Below are positions 46,367 through 56,009 of a stretch of 64,000 nucleotides of DNA, one piece after another. The stretch's first letter is position 1, and each line of letters opens with the position of its first letter. The DNA lies in the NCBI GenBank assembly GCA_043228905.1, contig JBHGNT010000010.1:10292001-10356000 (forward strand). Reading direction: 5' to 3'. Below the pieces are notes generated by a model. The model did not search any database. It was not told the DNA's origin and worked only from the letters and a program-made list of their open reading frames with translations. This DNA is from Azolla caroliniana. Its lineage: Eukaryota > Plantae > Polypodiophyta. The translations under genes and the position numbers were made by a program.

Positions 46367-49300
46367 ATGTCTAGACAAAATAACGACCACATCACCGAAA
46401 GAGGGAGACGCCACGCCGAACGGCAGCGACGACGGGAAGCCTTGCAGCAAGCCGTCGACGAGATCCGGAGCGATCGGTCATTCTCAACAACGCTTCGGCA
46501 AATCGCAGAAAACGCACTGCAGTTCCAAGTTCTACAAGCTTCCGACGAAGGCAGTAGCATAACCAGCCTCCAAGAAGCGGAGACACTACTACAGACTCTC
46601 GCTGGCGGCGACGGGGACGCAGCGGCATTTGCAACATTAGAGGCGGATTCGGATAGCGGGGAAAGCGTGGGATCCCGCTATAAAAGCAGACACGGGAACA
46701 ACCCCTTTGAGTCGGATCACTCAGCAACATCGGAGCCAGAGGAGGAACTAACTCTGGAGTTCGGTGACCGGCAATCGCCGAGGAGGGAGGAGCGGATACC
46801 AACACCACCCGCGGAGGAACCGCAGGAGCGGATACCAACACCACCTGCGGAGGAACCGCAGGAGCGGAGACCGACATCGGAGGAACCAGCGCAGGAGAAT
46901 CAGTGGGACGACACGATGCCGTATCCGTACCCAAAGTATCGGGATGAGCCCGACGGAGAGGCACATGTGTATGCATTCCTGCGAACATGGGAAGCCAACC
47001 ACGTGTCCCAGAGACTGACGGAGGCCGAGGCCGACCGATCCAAAGTCGCCGAATTCGGCATGACATTAGAAGGACCGGCGGCCCGGTGGCACGACAAGCA
47101 CTTACCAGGCAGCTTCGCCACGTTCGAGGCATTGAAAACCCAGTTTTTACGCTTGTTTCATAGACGAGTGGAACAAAGGGAATTGGTCGGACAATTCTAC
47201 ACCACTCGGCAGGGAGAAAACGAGACGGTCCCACAATTTATCGTTCGTTTCCAGACCTTGCACAGTCAATTAGCAAGAGCACCACCCGAAGAGGAGGCCA
47301 AGGCCGTCTTTTTGGCTGCGTTAAAAGACCCACTTCGAGCGATGTGTGGAATCATCGATTTCAGCACCAGCACAATGGACCAAGTCATTGATCGGGTCCT
47401 GGAAATGGACACCACGAGCCCCTTCTTGCCGATGGGGGCGTTACACCAGGCGCTTCCGAAGGAGGAGGATCTCCGGTTCCGACAAGCCCTACAATGCACA
47501 ACATGCCTAAATTCGGGGCACTCGACCGTCGACTGCACCCTGCGTGCACAGTGCATGATATGCAATTCTCGCGCCCACACAACGAACCAATGCGAGTATA
47601 ACCTGTTAACTCGACAAGCGGCACCGGTCCGACACATTGAACCGCGCAATCGGGACCCGGAAGAGAATCGATTCCGGAGGGACGACCGCTACCGACGAGA
47701 ACGCGGCGACAGATACCCCGATAGAAGACGCGACAGCTATGACCGAGAGGAGAACCGAAGGGATAGCTACCCCCGGGACCGGTACGACCGAGAGGAGAAC
47801 CGAAGGGATAGCTACCCCAGGGACCGGTACGACCGAGAGGAGAACCGAAGGGATAGCCACCCCCGGGACCGGTACGACCGAGACGAATCCCCGGAATACG
47901 AGCGACGAAGAGAAGAAAGGCGGCCAGGAAACCGGAATTTCCAACGGAACCAAAGGCGTGGATTCTTCCGTAGAGAGGAGCGTCGGGAGGCAACAAAGAA
48001 TGACAAACCAGTAGCGGCACCGGAGAACCGAAAAACCGAGGACAACCGCCGGGGAATGCCCCTTCCCCAAACATGGGAAAAAGGAGAATCCAGCAACACG
48101 CACAGGGTGTATTGTTATTACTGCCGAAAAGAAGGGCATTACAGTAATCAATGCCCAAGCAAAACAGCCGACAAGCAGCCAGCAGTCAACATGGTGACAG
48201 CCGACGTACAGCAGGTTATCACGCGGTCGAAAGGGAAGGCCGCCGAATGGGAAGCCCAGGAAGCAATCAGAAAACAAGCGGCACAATGGATCAAAGAAGC
48301 CAACGAACAAGGTGCGGCGGAAGTAAGAAACCAAAATATGCCAAGGGAGGAAGAAATCGTACAGCCAGGAGAAAACCCGACATGGCAAGCACTACAAGAT
48401 TGTCAGATCGTGCTGCCGTTGGCGCGGTTACTGCAGTTGGTGCCGCGGTTCACAGCAGACTTACAAGCCGCCGTAAGCAAACCGACGCCGACGCCGGCAC
48501 CGGCATTTTTCTCCAACCCGGAGGAAGGCCCAGCGGTGGTTGATACCAGTAGCCCAGCAATCACGACAATCGTCAAAGGAAAGGAGATTCCAGGAACAAT
48601 TATTGACGGAGGCTCCGGGGTGAACGTCATTAGTCGACAGACATGCGACGACCTAGGCATCCAGGAGTGGGAACCATGCCCCTTCTGGTTACGCATGGCG
48701 GATACAAGCTCAGTCCGACCAACTGGTCTTATCCGGGACTTGGAAGTAACAATAGGAGGCCACGTATTCCGAATATCGGCCGTGGTACTAGAGCTGAATG
48801 TACAAGGCGCATATCCCCTACTGTTAGGACGACCATGGCTGCGAACGGCGCATATCAAGCAAAATTGGCAAAAGAATATGATCACGTTCCGACGAGGGAA
48901 AACAAAGGTACGGGTAGCCACGCAACCACGGGTGCTCACTAGCAAGGAGGCAACCCCTTTATATGCCGAAAGCATCAACATGTTGGAGGGCTTACCGGAT
49001 GAAGAAATTGATCGGTACCTCGAGGAACACCCACAGATCGTTCCACTTTTTGAGGTGGATATCACGGCAGCAGTAGAGCCGTACATCACAATGCCGGACG
49101 AGCCGGACAAAGTGGCGATCCGGGAACTACGCCAAGCACAGGAAGCCCTAGAAAGAGAAATGACGATATCCCAAAGGGTGAAAGCATCCCAGCTGGAAGA
49201 GGTGGACCTCGGCACAACAGAACAACCCCGACCGGTAAAAGTCGCGAAGGAATTGCCGAAGGAGGAAAAACAGGCAATGGTAGCACTGTTAACGGATTTC

Positions 49301-52132
49301 AAGGACGTGTTCGCATGGTCATACGAAGACATGCGAGGGTTGGACCCCCAGCTCTACCAGCACCAAATTCATCTAAGTACTGACGCGAAGCCCATCGCTC
49401 AACGTCGGTACCGGATGAATCCAAACTATGCGGCAAAGGTGAAGGAGGAAATTGACAAGCTTCTCCGGGTCGGATTTATCCGACCAGTCAAGCAGGCAAC
49501 CTGGCTAAGCCCGATAGTGGTGGTCCCGAAAAAGAACGGCAAAATCCGGGTATGTGTGGACTACAGGAAACTAAATGCCGCGACAGTGACCGACGCTTTT
49601 CCACTACCATTCACGGACGGAGTGCTAGATGCGGTGGCCGGCCACGAAGTTTACAGCTTCCTGGACGGATTCAGCGGCTACAACCAAATCCGAATGAACC
49701 CGGCCGACCAAGAAAAAACAGCGTTCGTGACGGAATGGGGAGTGTTCGTCGCGGTCGTGATGATGTTCGGATTAAAGACAGCCCCTGCAACATTTCAAAG
49801 GATAATTATGGAAATCTTCGGTGATTTTATTCCCGGTTTTATGCAGGTCTTCCTAGACGATTTCGCCGTCTACAGCCGACACGGAGAGCATTTCGATCAC
49901 CTACGACTATGCTTAGAAAAGTGCCGCGAGTACCGATTAAGTCTGAACCCGGCGAAGTGCGTCTTTGGAGTCGCCAGCGGCAATTTGTTAGGCCACGTGG
50001 TGAGTCGAGAAGGAATCGCGGTAGATCCGGATAAGGTAAAAGCAATTCTCGACGCACCGGCACCGAATAGCGCAAAAGCTTTAAGCCGATTCCTTGGTCA
50101 AATAAGGTGGCATAGTCGGATGGTACGGCACCTTGCCGACTTTGCGACACCATTGCACGCTGCTGTACATAGAGTACCTTTCCAATGGACAGAAATGGAG
50201 GAGGCAGCCTACCAAGCGTTGAAGGTCATGCTGTCACAAGCCCCGGTGGTGCAGCCGCCGGACTGGAGTAAAAGCTTTCACGTCTTCGTCGACGCGTCGG
50301 ACGTAGCAATCGGCAGTGTTTTGATGCAACTCACGGAACCGAAATGGTATCGGCCGGTGTACTACGCAAGCAGGAAACTCTCGAAAGCCGAACGGAACTA
50401 CTCTACAACGGAACGAGAGGCATTAGGAATGGTGTACAGTGTCACAAAGTACAGGCACTATCTGCTCGGACGAAAGTTCTCCTTCCACGTTGACCACTCG
50501 GCACTACTCTACCTGGTCTCAAAGGCAGCCCTGACAGGAAAACTCGCACGGTGGACGCTGCTATTACAGGAATTCGAATTCGACATTTTCCACCGACCCG
50601 GGGTGCAGCATGCGGTAGCAGACTACCTGAGCAGACTAGAATCCGGAGAATCAGGGGACGGCGTACAGGATGAATTTCCCGACGCCGAGCTGTTTAAGGT
50701 CACGACGGCACCGGCAACGGAGACCACAGTAGCGGACGAAGACAAATGGTTAACCGAAATGCATCAGTTCCTGAGCACCGGAGTTCCCCCGGAAAACTTG
50801 GACCGAGACGAACGGAAGAGGATGGCAGTACGGAGCAGACATTTCTGCTTGGTAGGAGACACCCTCTATCACAAGGGGGCAGATGGCGTATGGAGACGAG
50901 CAGTGCGGAGCGATGAAAAGGATCTGATCCTGAGGGAAGCCCACTGTGGAATTGCAGGCGGGCATTATGCCGGCGAAACAACAGCCCGGAAGATATGGCA
51001 GAGCGGACTATGGTGGCCTACTACCATGAGAGATGCCGTTAAGTATAGCAGGGAATGCGACCTCTGTCAACGACTGGGCCAACCCACGGAGCAGGCCCGG
51101 ATGCCACATCACCCGGTCTTGCCATTAGAACCATTCCAAAAGTGGGGCTTGGACTTTGTCGGCCCCTTTAAGCCACCGGCAATGCGGACCGGAAATCGGT
51201 ATATAATAGTGGCTACCGACTACTGCACCAAATGGGTAGAAGCAAAGGCACTACGGGACAACACGGCGGCATCCACGGCCAAATTTTTATATGAATGCAT
51301 ATGGTGTCGGTACGGATGCCCGATTGAGCTGATCAGTGACCAGGGAGGACATTTCCTCGGACAGGTGGTGGAAAGTTTGACGTCATTCTATGCGGTAGTA
51401 CACAAACGAAGCACTCCCTACTACCCTCAAGCCAACGGATTAGCGGAATCAACAAACAAAACGCTACAGAACATCCTTAGAAAAATCGTCAATGAGAACC
51501 GGACCGACTGGGACACGAAGTTGCAGAGCGTGCTGTGGGCGTACCGAACGGCGTACAAGACTAGCATCCGGACGACCCCGTTCCGACTGGCATTCGGCTT
51601 GGAAGCAGTCATGCCAGTAGAATTCCAAATTCCTAGCTTAAGAATACAGGTTAAGGAGCGGTTAAGCGAGAAGGAATCCGAACGAATCCGGCTGAAGATG
51701 CTGTTAGAACTGGAAGAAAATCGAATAGCCAGCCTACTACAGCTAGAACTAGAGCAAAGGAGGAGGAAAGCCTTTGTAGACCGACATCGGCGCGGTAACG
51801 AAAAGGAATTCGAAGTCGGGAAACCAGTATTGCTGTTCCAGACACGGATGGGGAACATGCCGGGGAAATTGCGATTTCGGTGGACCGGACCATTCTGGAT
51901 CACAAAGGAGTACAATGGGTCTTACCAGCTCGGGACGTTGTCAGGAGAAGTTGTGGGTAAATGGGCAAATGGGTTTCGCCTAAAACCGTATAAAGGGCAC
52001 ATGCCAGCTAACCCCTTCAAGCAAAACCCGGAAAACCCGAATTGCGAGGAACCGACACCGACGCGTAACAACGACGAGGAACTGACAACAGTGCACACCG
52101 ACCCGAACATATCGGGGGGAACCGAACAATGA
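46367..52132 (+). CDS. Element E Gag-Pol polyprotein (intact)
   Basis: First in-frame ATG after the PBS (MSRQ). Three CCHC knuckles, IIDGGSGVN, FLDDF, VDASD, HHCC/DDE integrase, no chromodomain. Confidence 0.97.
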   Translation: MSRQNNDHITERGRRHAERQRRREALQQAVDEIRSDRSFSTTLRQIAENALQFQVLQASDEGSSITSLQEAETLLQTLAGGDGDAAAFATLEADSDSGESVGSRYKSRHGNNPFESDHSATSEPEEELTLEFGDRQSPRREERIPTPPAEEPQERIPTPPAEEPQERRPTSEEPAQENQWDDTMPYPYPKYRDEPDGEAHVYAFLRTWEANHVSQRLTEAEADRSKVAEFGMTLEGPAARWHDKHLPGSFATFEALKTQFLRLFHRRVEQRELVGQFYTTRQGENETVPQFIVRFQTLHSQLARAPPEEEAKAVFLAALKDPLRAMCGIIDFSTSTMDQVIDRVLEMDTTSPFLPMGALHQALPKEEDLRFRQALQCTTCLNSGHSTVDCTLRAQCMICNSRAHTTNQCEYNLLTRQAAPVRHIEPRNRDPEENRFRRDDRYRRERGDRYPDRRRDSYDREENRRDSYPRDRYDREENRRDSYPRDRYDREENRRDSHPRDRYDRDESPEYERRREERRPGNRNFQRNQRRGFFRREERREATKNDKPVAAPENRKTEDNRRGMPLPQTWEKGESSNTHRVYCYYCRKEGHYSNQCPSKTADKQPAVNMVTADVQQVITRSKGKAAEWEAQEAIRKQAAQWIKEANEQGAAEVRNQNMPREEEIVQPGENPTWQALQDCQIVLPLARLLQLVPRFTADLQAAVSKPTPTPAPAFFSNPEEGPAVVDTSSPAITTIVKGKEIPGTIIDGGSGVNVISRQTCDDLGIQEWEPCPFWLRMADTSSVRPTGLIRDLEVTIGGHVFRISAVVLELNVQGAYPLLLGRPWLRTAHIKQNWQKNMITFRRGKTKVRVATQPRVLTSKEATPLYAESINMLEGLPDEEIDRYLEEHPQIVPLFEVDITAAVEPYITMPDEPDKVAIRELRQAQEALEREMTISQRVKASQLEEVDLGTTEQPRPVKVAKELPKEEKQAMVALLTDFKDVFAWSYEDMRGLDPQLYQHQIHLSTDAKPIAQRRYRMNPNYAAKVKEEIDKLLRVGFIRPVKQATWLSPIVVVPKKNGKIRVCVDYRKLNAATVTDAFPLPFTDGVLDAVAGHEVYSFLDGFSGYNQIRMNPADQEKTAFVTEWGVFVAVVMMFGLKTAPATFQRIIMEIFGDFIPGFMQVFLDDFAVYSRHGEHFDHLRLCLEKCREYRLSLNPAKCVFGVASGNLLGHVVSREGIAVDPDKVKAILDAPAPNSAKALSRFLGQIRWHSRMVRHLADFATPLHAAVHRVPFQWTEMEEAAYQALKVMLSQAPVVQPPDWSKSFHVFVDASDVAIGSVLMQLTEPKWYRPVYYASRKLSKAERNYSTTEREALGMVYSVTKYRHYLLGRKFSFHVDHSALLYLVSKAALTGKLARWTLLLQEFEFDIFHRPGVQHAVADYLSRLESGESGDGVQDEFPDAELFKVTTAPATETTVADEDKWLTEMHQFLSTGVPPENLDRDERKRMAVRSRHFCLVGDTLYHKGADGVWRRAVRSDEKDLILREAHCGIAGGHYAGETTARKIWQSGLWWPTTMRDAVKYSRECDLCQRLGQPTEQARMPHHPVLPLEPFQKWGLDFVGPFKPPAMRTGNRYIIVATDYCTKWVEAKALRDNTAASTAKFLYECIWCRYGCPIELISDQGGHFLGQVVESLTSFYAVVHKRSTPYYPQANGLAESTNKTLQNILRKIVNENRTDWDTKLQSVLWAYRTAYKTSIRTTPFRLAFGLEAVMPVEFQIPSLRIQVKERLSEKESERIRLKMLLELEENRIASLLQLELEQRRRKAFVDRHRRGNEKEFEVGKPVLLFQTRMGNMPGKLRFRWTGPFWITKEYNGSYQLGTLSGEVVGKWANGFRLKPYKGHMPANPFKQNPENPNCEEPTPTRNNDEELTTVHTDPNISGGTEQ
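47728..47885 (+). repeat. 45-bp coding tandem repeat (about 3.5 copies, RDSYPRDRYDREENR) in E gag
   Basis: Direct repeats GACCGAGAGGAGAACCGAAGGGATAGCTACCCCCGGGACCGGTAC. Confidence 0.9.
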
Positions 52133-52141
52133 TGAGGCACA

Positions 52142-52146
<5 letters not shown>

Positions 52147-52189
<43 letters not shown>
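52147..52189 (+). repeat. Poly(A)43 tract between pol and ORF2
   Basis: Homopolymer 14 nt after the pol stop. A-rich tracts occupy the same position in C, D and F. Confidence 0.9.
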
Positions 52190-52191
<2 letters not shown>

Positions 52192-52704
52192 ATGACGTGG
52201 TGCTACGGTTAGAAATCAATGTAATGAAGGAAGTAGTTACAACCGTCACACGGGTGCACGAGCTATTTAAAGCGCAGAACGTGGGAGGCCGGTGTACAAG
52301 ATTTAACACGCGCGGCAATCAAGGAGTCATAATGACAGACACATAGGAGATTCGACACGCGCCAAAGAAGCGCAGGCATGACACGCGGCAGCAAAGGACA
52401 GACATGCTATTCATGACAGAGCATGCGCAGGCGCCATAAATAGGACATACTATTCGAGGCAGAGGACGTGCAGACGCCGAAATTAAAAAGTAAGATGCTA
52501 ATTATGGCAGAAGATACGCACGCGCGAAAAACAGGAAAAGGCGGCTCGAGGGAAACGCCACTATATAAAGGAAGAACCGGGGAAGGGTTCACTTTTTACG
52601 AATTTTCCCACAAGCAAACGCAGGCTCATAACAGCAAGATCCGACGCGCAGAACACCTACACCCCGACCTCAGACCACAGGCAGCAGCAAACGAAGAAGA
52701 AGCG

Positions 52705-55587
52705 ATGGCACTGTCGGACGGAGCGCGACAATGGCTGACGGAGAACGGATTAGGAGGGCTGCTGCGGGTCGCTGATGCTCCACCACACAAGGAACCAGAG
52801 CAGGCGGCAACAGCGGTAGACTTAGCAGAGGTCACTGAAGGAGCGGTACAAGCGCTCACAGGGATTTCGGAGGGAGGACTTCAGACGATAGAGCTACCCT
52901 CGAGCCAAATATTCTTCGAGTATTTCGGCGAATACTCCCTTAGCAGCAAGGCGTATCGCACACAGGGCGGAGAGAACCTGCTGTTCGGAGAGGTGGCCCG
53001 CGCCCTGATGGAGTATGGGTTCGTGAACCCTCGTCCGGCAGCCATAGCCAAATACCGAGCAGCGATCGTCGCCGCGACATTCGAAGGCCTGCAGGTGGAC
53101 TGGCTCCACTTCATCACCGAAGGACTGCAAGAGGCGATCAAGCACTTGGTGGAAGGGAAGAAGCCATGGTCCGGAATATCCCAATGGTTAACAGTGTTGG
53201 TCCCACCGGTGTCCCCCATCAAGCACAAGCAAAGAAGTCGGCAGGAGACTACCCCGAAGCAAACCATGAAACGCCGACGAATCTTAGAAAAACACACTCC
53301 AGGATGGACACAGGAAGAAGAAGCGCCGCCAGAAGAGGGATCATCCCGACAGCCGCGGAAAGAAGGCTCATCTCGACAACCGAGGGAAGAAGACTCCTCC
53401 CGACAGCAACGGGAGGAAGGCTCATCACGACAGCCACAGAAACAGCAACAGCAACCGACCACGAAGAAGAAAAAGGCGGAGAAAGGCAAGGAGAAGCTGG
53501 CGAAGAAAACCAGCAAGAGACAAACCGACACCGAACCAGTAACGCTCGAATCGGAACCGGTACCAGTAAAGGAACCGATAGTCGCAGCGACGGAGGACGC
53601 CGAAACAGAGGAAGAGTCATCCGAACCGATGTTAATACTACCACCCAGGCAAGGGAAGGAGAAACGGGCGACAAGACCGACCCCAACAGCGGTCGGAACT
53701 CAACAACGGGCGGAAGAACCAGTAACCGGAACAGAAGCGACACAGGATGAAGGTTCGTCTGCACCAAAGACGGCAGTACCGGAACCGACAGCGGCGGAGT
53801 TCGAAGAACCAAGGAAGGAACAAGCGCCGGAACAAGAGAAGAGGCCGGAGAAACAGCCGGAGCTAGGCACGCCTGCTGACACCAACGAAGGCAGAACAAA
53901 GGCACAATGGCTAAGGTGGTTGTCAGGACAGTTGTCGGGAGTAGCAGACCAGATGGAGAAAGAGGAGGAGCAAAGAGAAGAAGTGACTAGGACGATGACT
54001 AAGGATATGGTCATGCTCCGGGCACAATTACATGAGCTGCAAGAAGAGATAGCACAGGCAAAAGAAGGCAGCCGACAAGCACGAGATGGCACCGAGCCGG
54101 TCGGGACATCAGAAAAGCAAGCCGAACCACAAACGGAGAAGGTCTTGCAAACCGGCCCTGAGACCGAGAAGTTAATAGCAACTTTGAAAGAAGAATTACA
54201 GGCTCAGGAGGCATTGAGAGATAACGAAAGAGAACAGCGGAAGTTGGTAGAAGACGACAGACGGCGAATGGAGGAAGGCCTTCGCCGAAGCAAAGCCACC
54301 AATGACCGACTACAAGAAGAAAACGGGACACTGCAAAAGGAAAAAGATAGGCTGCGCCGCCGAATGGAGCAGGAAATTGAGCGGTTGCGAGAGGAACTCC
54401 GACAACAAAAGGACCGGGATGATCAGTTGCGAGCTCAGGCGAACCGACGCCTAAAACAGAAGACGGAGGAATTCGACCGACTATGTAAGGATTATAAACA
54501 GGCCACGTCGGACATCAAGAATCAGGCAGCAACGTACGACCGACAGATGGAGAAGCTGAAAGAGCAGCTCAAGGAAAACCGCTTGGAATTGTCCAAAGCA
54601 AGGGAGGAAGTATCGGCGGAGAAGACCTTGACGTCGGAACAAAGAAAGGAGATGGAAGTACTTCGGCAGAAAGTAGGGGAACTGACAAAGAGCCGGAACG
54701 AGGAAAAAGTGAAGTTGACTTTCGAAATCAACAAATGGCGGAGTACCTGTGACAAGCAGAAAGTCGACTCTGAAGCTCAAGCTCAGTTAATGGCCGACAT
54801 CATCAAACGGATAAGGAAGGAAAAACAAGCAGCTTCGGAACAGGCTAAAGCAGGGGTTGACCGAATTAAGTTCATCATGTCAAGCTGGAGTACCCGAGCT
54901 CAGGCCAGCATAAATGAAAGCACGGAGAAACTCTGGAAGGAATGGGCACAACAGGCAGCTGAACTGCAGATACTCCGAGCTGATGCAGAAAATCGGAAGA
55001 AAAACGGAGATGGGTTCTATAAAATGGACGAAGAAAGTATCGTCAACATCCGGGAAGAACTGTCGGAGGATTTCTATGCTCTAGCAGAAGAACATCTCAA
55101 GGAAATCCGAGGGTTAGTAGAGAGGTTGGATGACGGACAGCTCGAAACCCAACTAGAATTGGAAGGGTACGAGAAGGACCGACTGCGACAGGAAGCCGAG
55201 GGACACACAACGCCGATCTCCATTAGTGAGGGCGAGCGACCGGCTGAAGAGGACCCAACCAACAATGTACCCGAGGAAGAACTTCCGGAGCAAGAGCAGG
55301 TTGATGCCGGGGATGATGCAGAGTGGAGACAGAGAAGTACCGAATCCGGGGAGGAAAGGACACAACCAGTGGAAACCGGAGAGAGCGATACCGGGAACGG
55401 AACGGAGGTGGAGCAGGACAGACCCAGACAGGATACAGAAGAAACACCGGTACCACCGGTACAAGCAGAGTCGGAGCAGCAAGATGCGAAAAGGCAGCCA
55501 ATCCAATCGGACGTCGGAGACGGCACAGGCAAAACAACACTTGAAACCTCGGAGCGGAGTTTGCCTGATAATTTGAAGGAAGACTGA
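52705..55587 (+). CDS. Element E ORF2 (960 aa from MALSD): conserved N-terminal domain, disordered linker, long coiled coil, conserved C-terminal helical motif
   Basis: Open frame 52468-55587. ATG 52705 aligns with the starts in C (MDPQ), D and F. Stop lies 7 nt before the tRNA-like motif. Confidence 0.9.
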   Translation: MALSDGARQWLTENGLGGLLRVADAPPHKEPEQAATAVDLAEVTEGAVQALTGISEGGLQTIELPSSQIFFEYFGEYSLSSKAYRTQGGENLLFGEVARALMEYGFVNPRPAAIAKYRAAIVAATFEGLQVDWLHFITEGLQEAIKHLVEGKKPWSGISQWLTVLVPPVSPIKHKQRSRQETTPKQTMKRRRILEKHTPGWTQEEEAPPEEGSSRQPRKEGSSRQPREEDSSRQQREEGSSRQPQKQQQQPTTKKKKAEKGKEKLAKKTSKRQTDTEPVTLESEPVPVKEPIVAATEDAETEEESSEPMLILPPRQGKEKRATRPTPTAVGTQQRAEEPVTGTEATQDEGSSAPKTAVPEPTAAEFEEPRKEQAPEQEKRPEKQPELGTPADTNEGRTKAQWLRWLSGQLSGVADQMEKEEEQREEVTRTMTKDMVMLRAQLHELQEEIAQAKEGSRQARDGTEPVGTSEKQAEPQTEKVLQTGPETEKLIATLKEELQAQEALRDNEREQRKLVEDDRRRMEEGLRRSKATNDRLQEENGTLQKEKDRLRRRMEQEIERLREELRQQKDRDDQLRAQANRRLKQKTEEFDRLCKDYKQATSDIKNQAATYDRQMEKLKEQLKENRLELSKAREEVSAEKTLTSEQRKEMEVLRQKVGELTKSRNEEKVKLTFEINKWRSTCDKQKVDSEAQAQLMADIIKRIRKEKQAASEQAKAGVDRIKFIMSSWSTRAQASINESTEKLWKEWAQQAAELQILRADAENRKKNGDGFYKMDEESIVNIREELSEDFYALAEEHLKEIRGLVERLDDGQLETQLELEGYEKDRLRQEAEGHTTPISISEGERPAEEDPTNNVPEEELPEQEQVDAGDDAEWRQRSTESGEERTQPVETGESDTGNGTEVEQDRPRQDTEETPVPPVQAESEQQDAKRQPIQSDVGDGTGKTTLETSERSLPDNLKED

Positions 55588-55594
55588 AGCCGGC

Positions 55595-55635
55595 TGTGGG
55601 TTCGAAGTGCAATGCACTTTCCCACGGGCGTGCCA
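55595..55635 (+). promoter_or_regulatory. tRNA-Arg 3'-end-like motif at the PPT position of element E
   Basis: TGTGGGTTCGA AGTGCAATGCACTT TCCCACGGGCGTGCCA TG|LTR. No PPT. Confidence 0.88.
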
Positions 55636-55637
55636 TG

Positions 55638-56009
55638 TGTTGGCCGGTCAGAGAAGGCAAATGGGAAAGCAAGGTCGGATCGGATAAATATAGAAATAGG
55701 AATAGAATTATTAGGAGGGACGGATCCGGTAGTTGTAACCGATCCGGATCCGAACCGATTCGGTTTCGGTTAACGGTTGCCTACCGAGCACCGATTGTAA
55801 TCTGGCCGGATGCCTATAAAAAGGATCCGATGTTTTGTAATGAAAGCACGAAGAATTAATATAGTTTTGCTTATGCTGATTCATCTTGTCTTCGTCTGTG
55901 CTTAAGTGTAATTATCATACGCGTGTATTAACATCCTATCCCTACCACCCCTTTGGAGAAGTGTCGGATAGACACCTGTGTTGCGGCTAGTCCAGCCATA
56001 CATACAACA
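55638..56009 (+). repeat. 3' LTR of element E
   Basis: Direct repeat of 45943-46314. Confidence 0.98.

Larger units (their letters stand above)
45943..56009 (+). mobile_element. Young intact gypsy element E (Phygy-like) with gag-pol and ORF2
   Basis: 372-bp LTRs at 45943-46314 and 55638-56009 with no differences seen, TSD GAAAT at 45938-45942 and 56010-56014, PBS TGGCGACCACGA at 46321-46332, both ORFs open. Confidence 0.98.

Noticed and set aside
46392-49332. Long antisense ORFs (257-309 aa) opposite gag-pol, and similar ones opposite other elements
   Set aside because: Shadow frames of GC-rich coding sequence with no recognisable motifs or conservation between relatives.
52147-52189. LINE/SINE or retrocopy poly(A) tail
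   Set aside because: No flanking TSD or upstream non-LTR body; the tract directly follows pol and is positionally shared by related elements.
52705-55587. Envelope (env) gene
   Set aside because: Position fits, but no signal peptide or transmembrane segment is visible and the protein is highly charged coiled coil.
55560-55640. tRNA gene or tRNA-derived SINE
   Set aside because: Only the T-arm and 3' acceptor strand with encoded CCA are present. No D-arm, A-box or anticodon arm, no own TSD or tail, and the position is fixed relative to the LTR.
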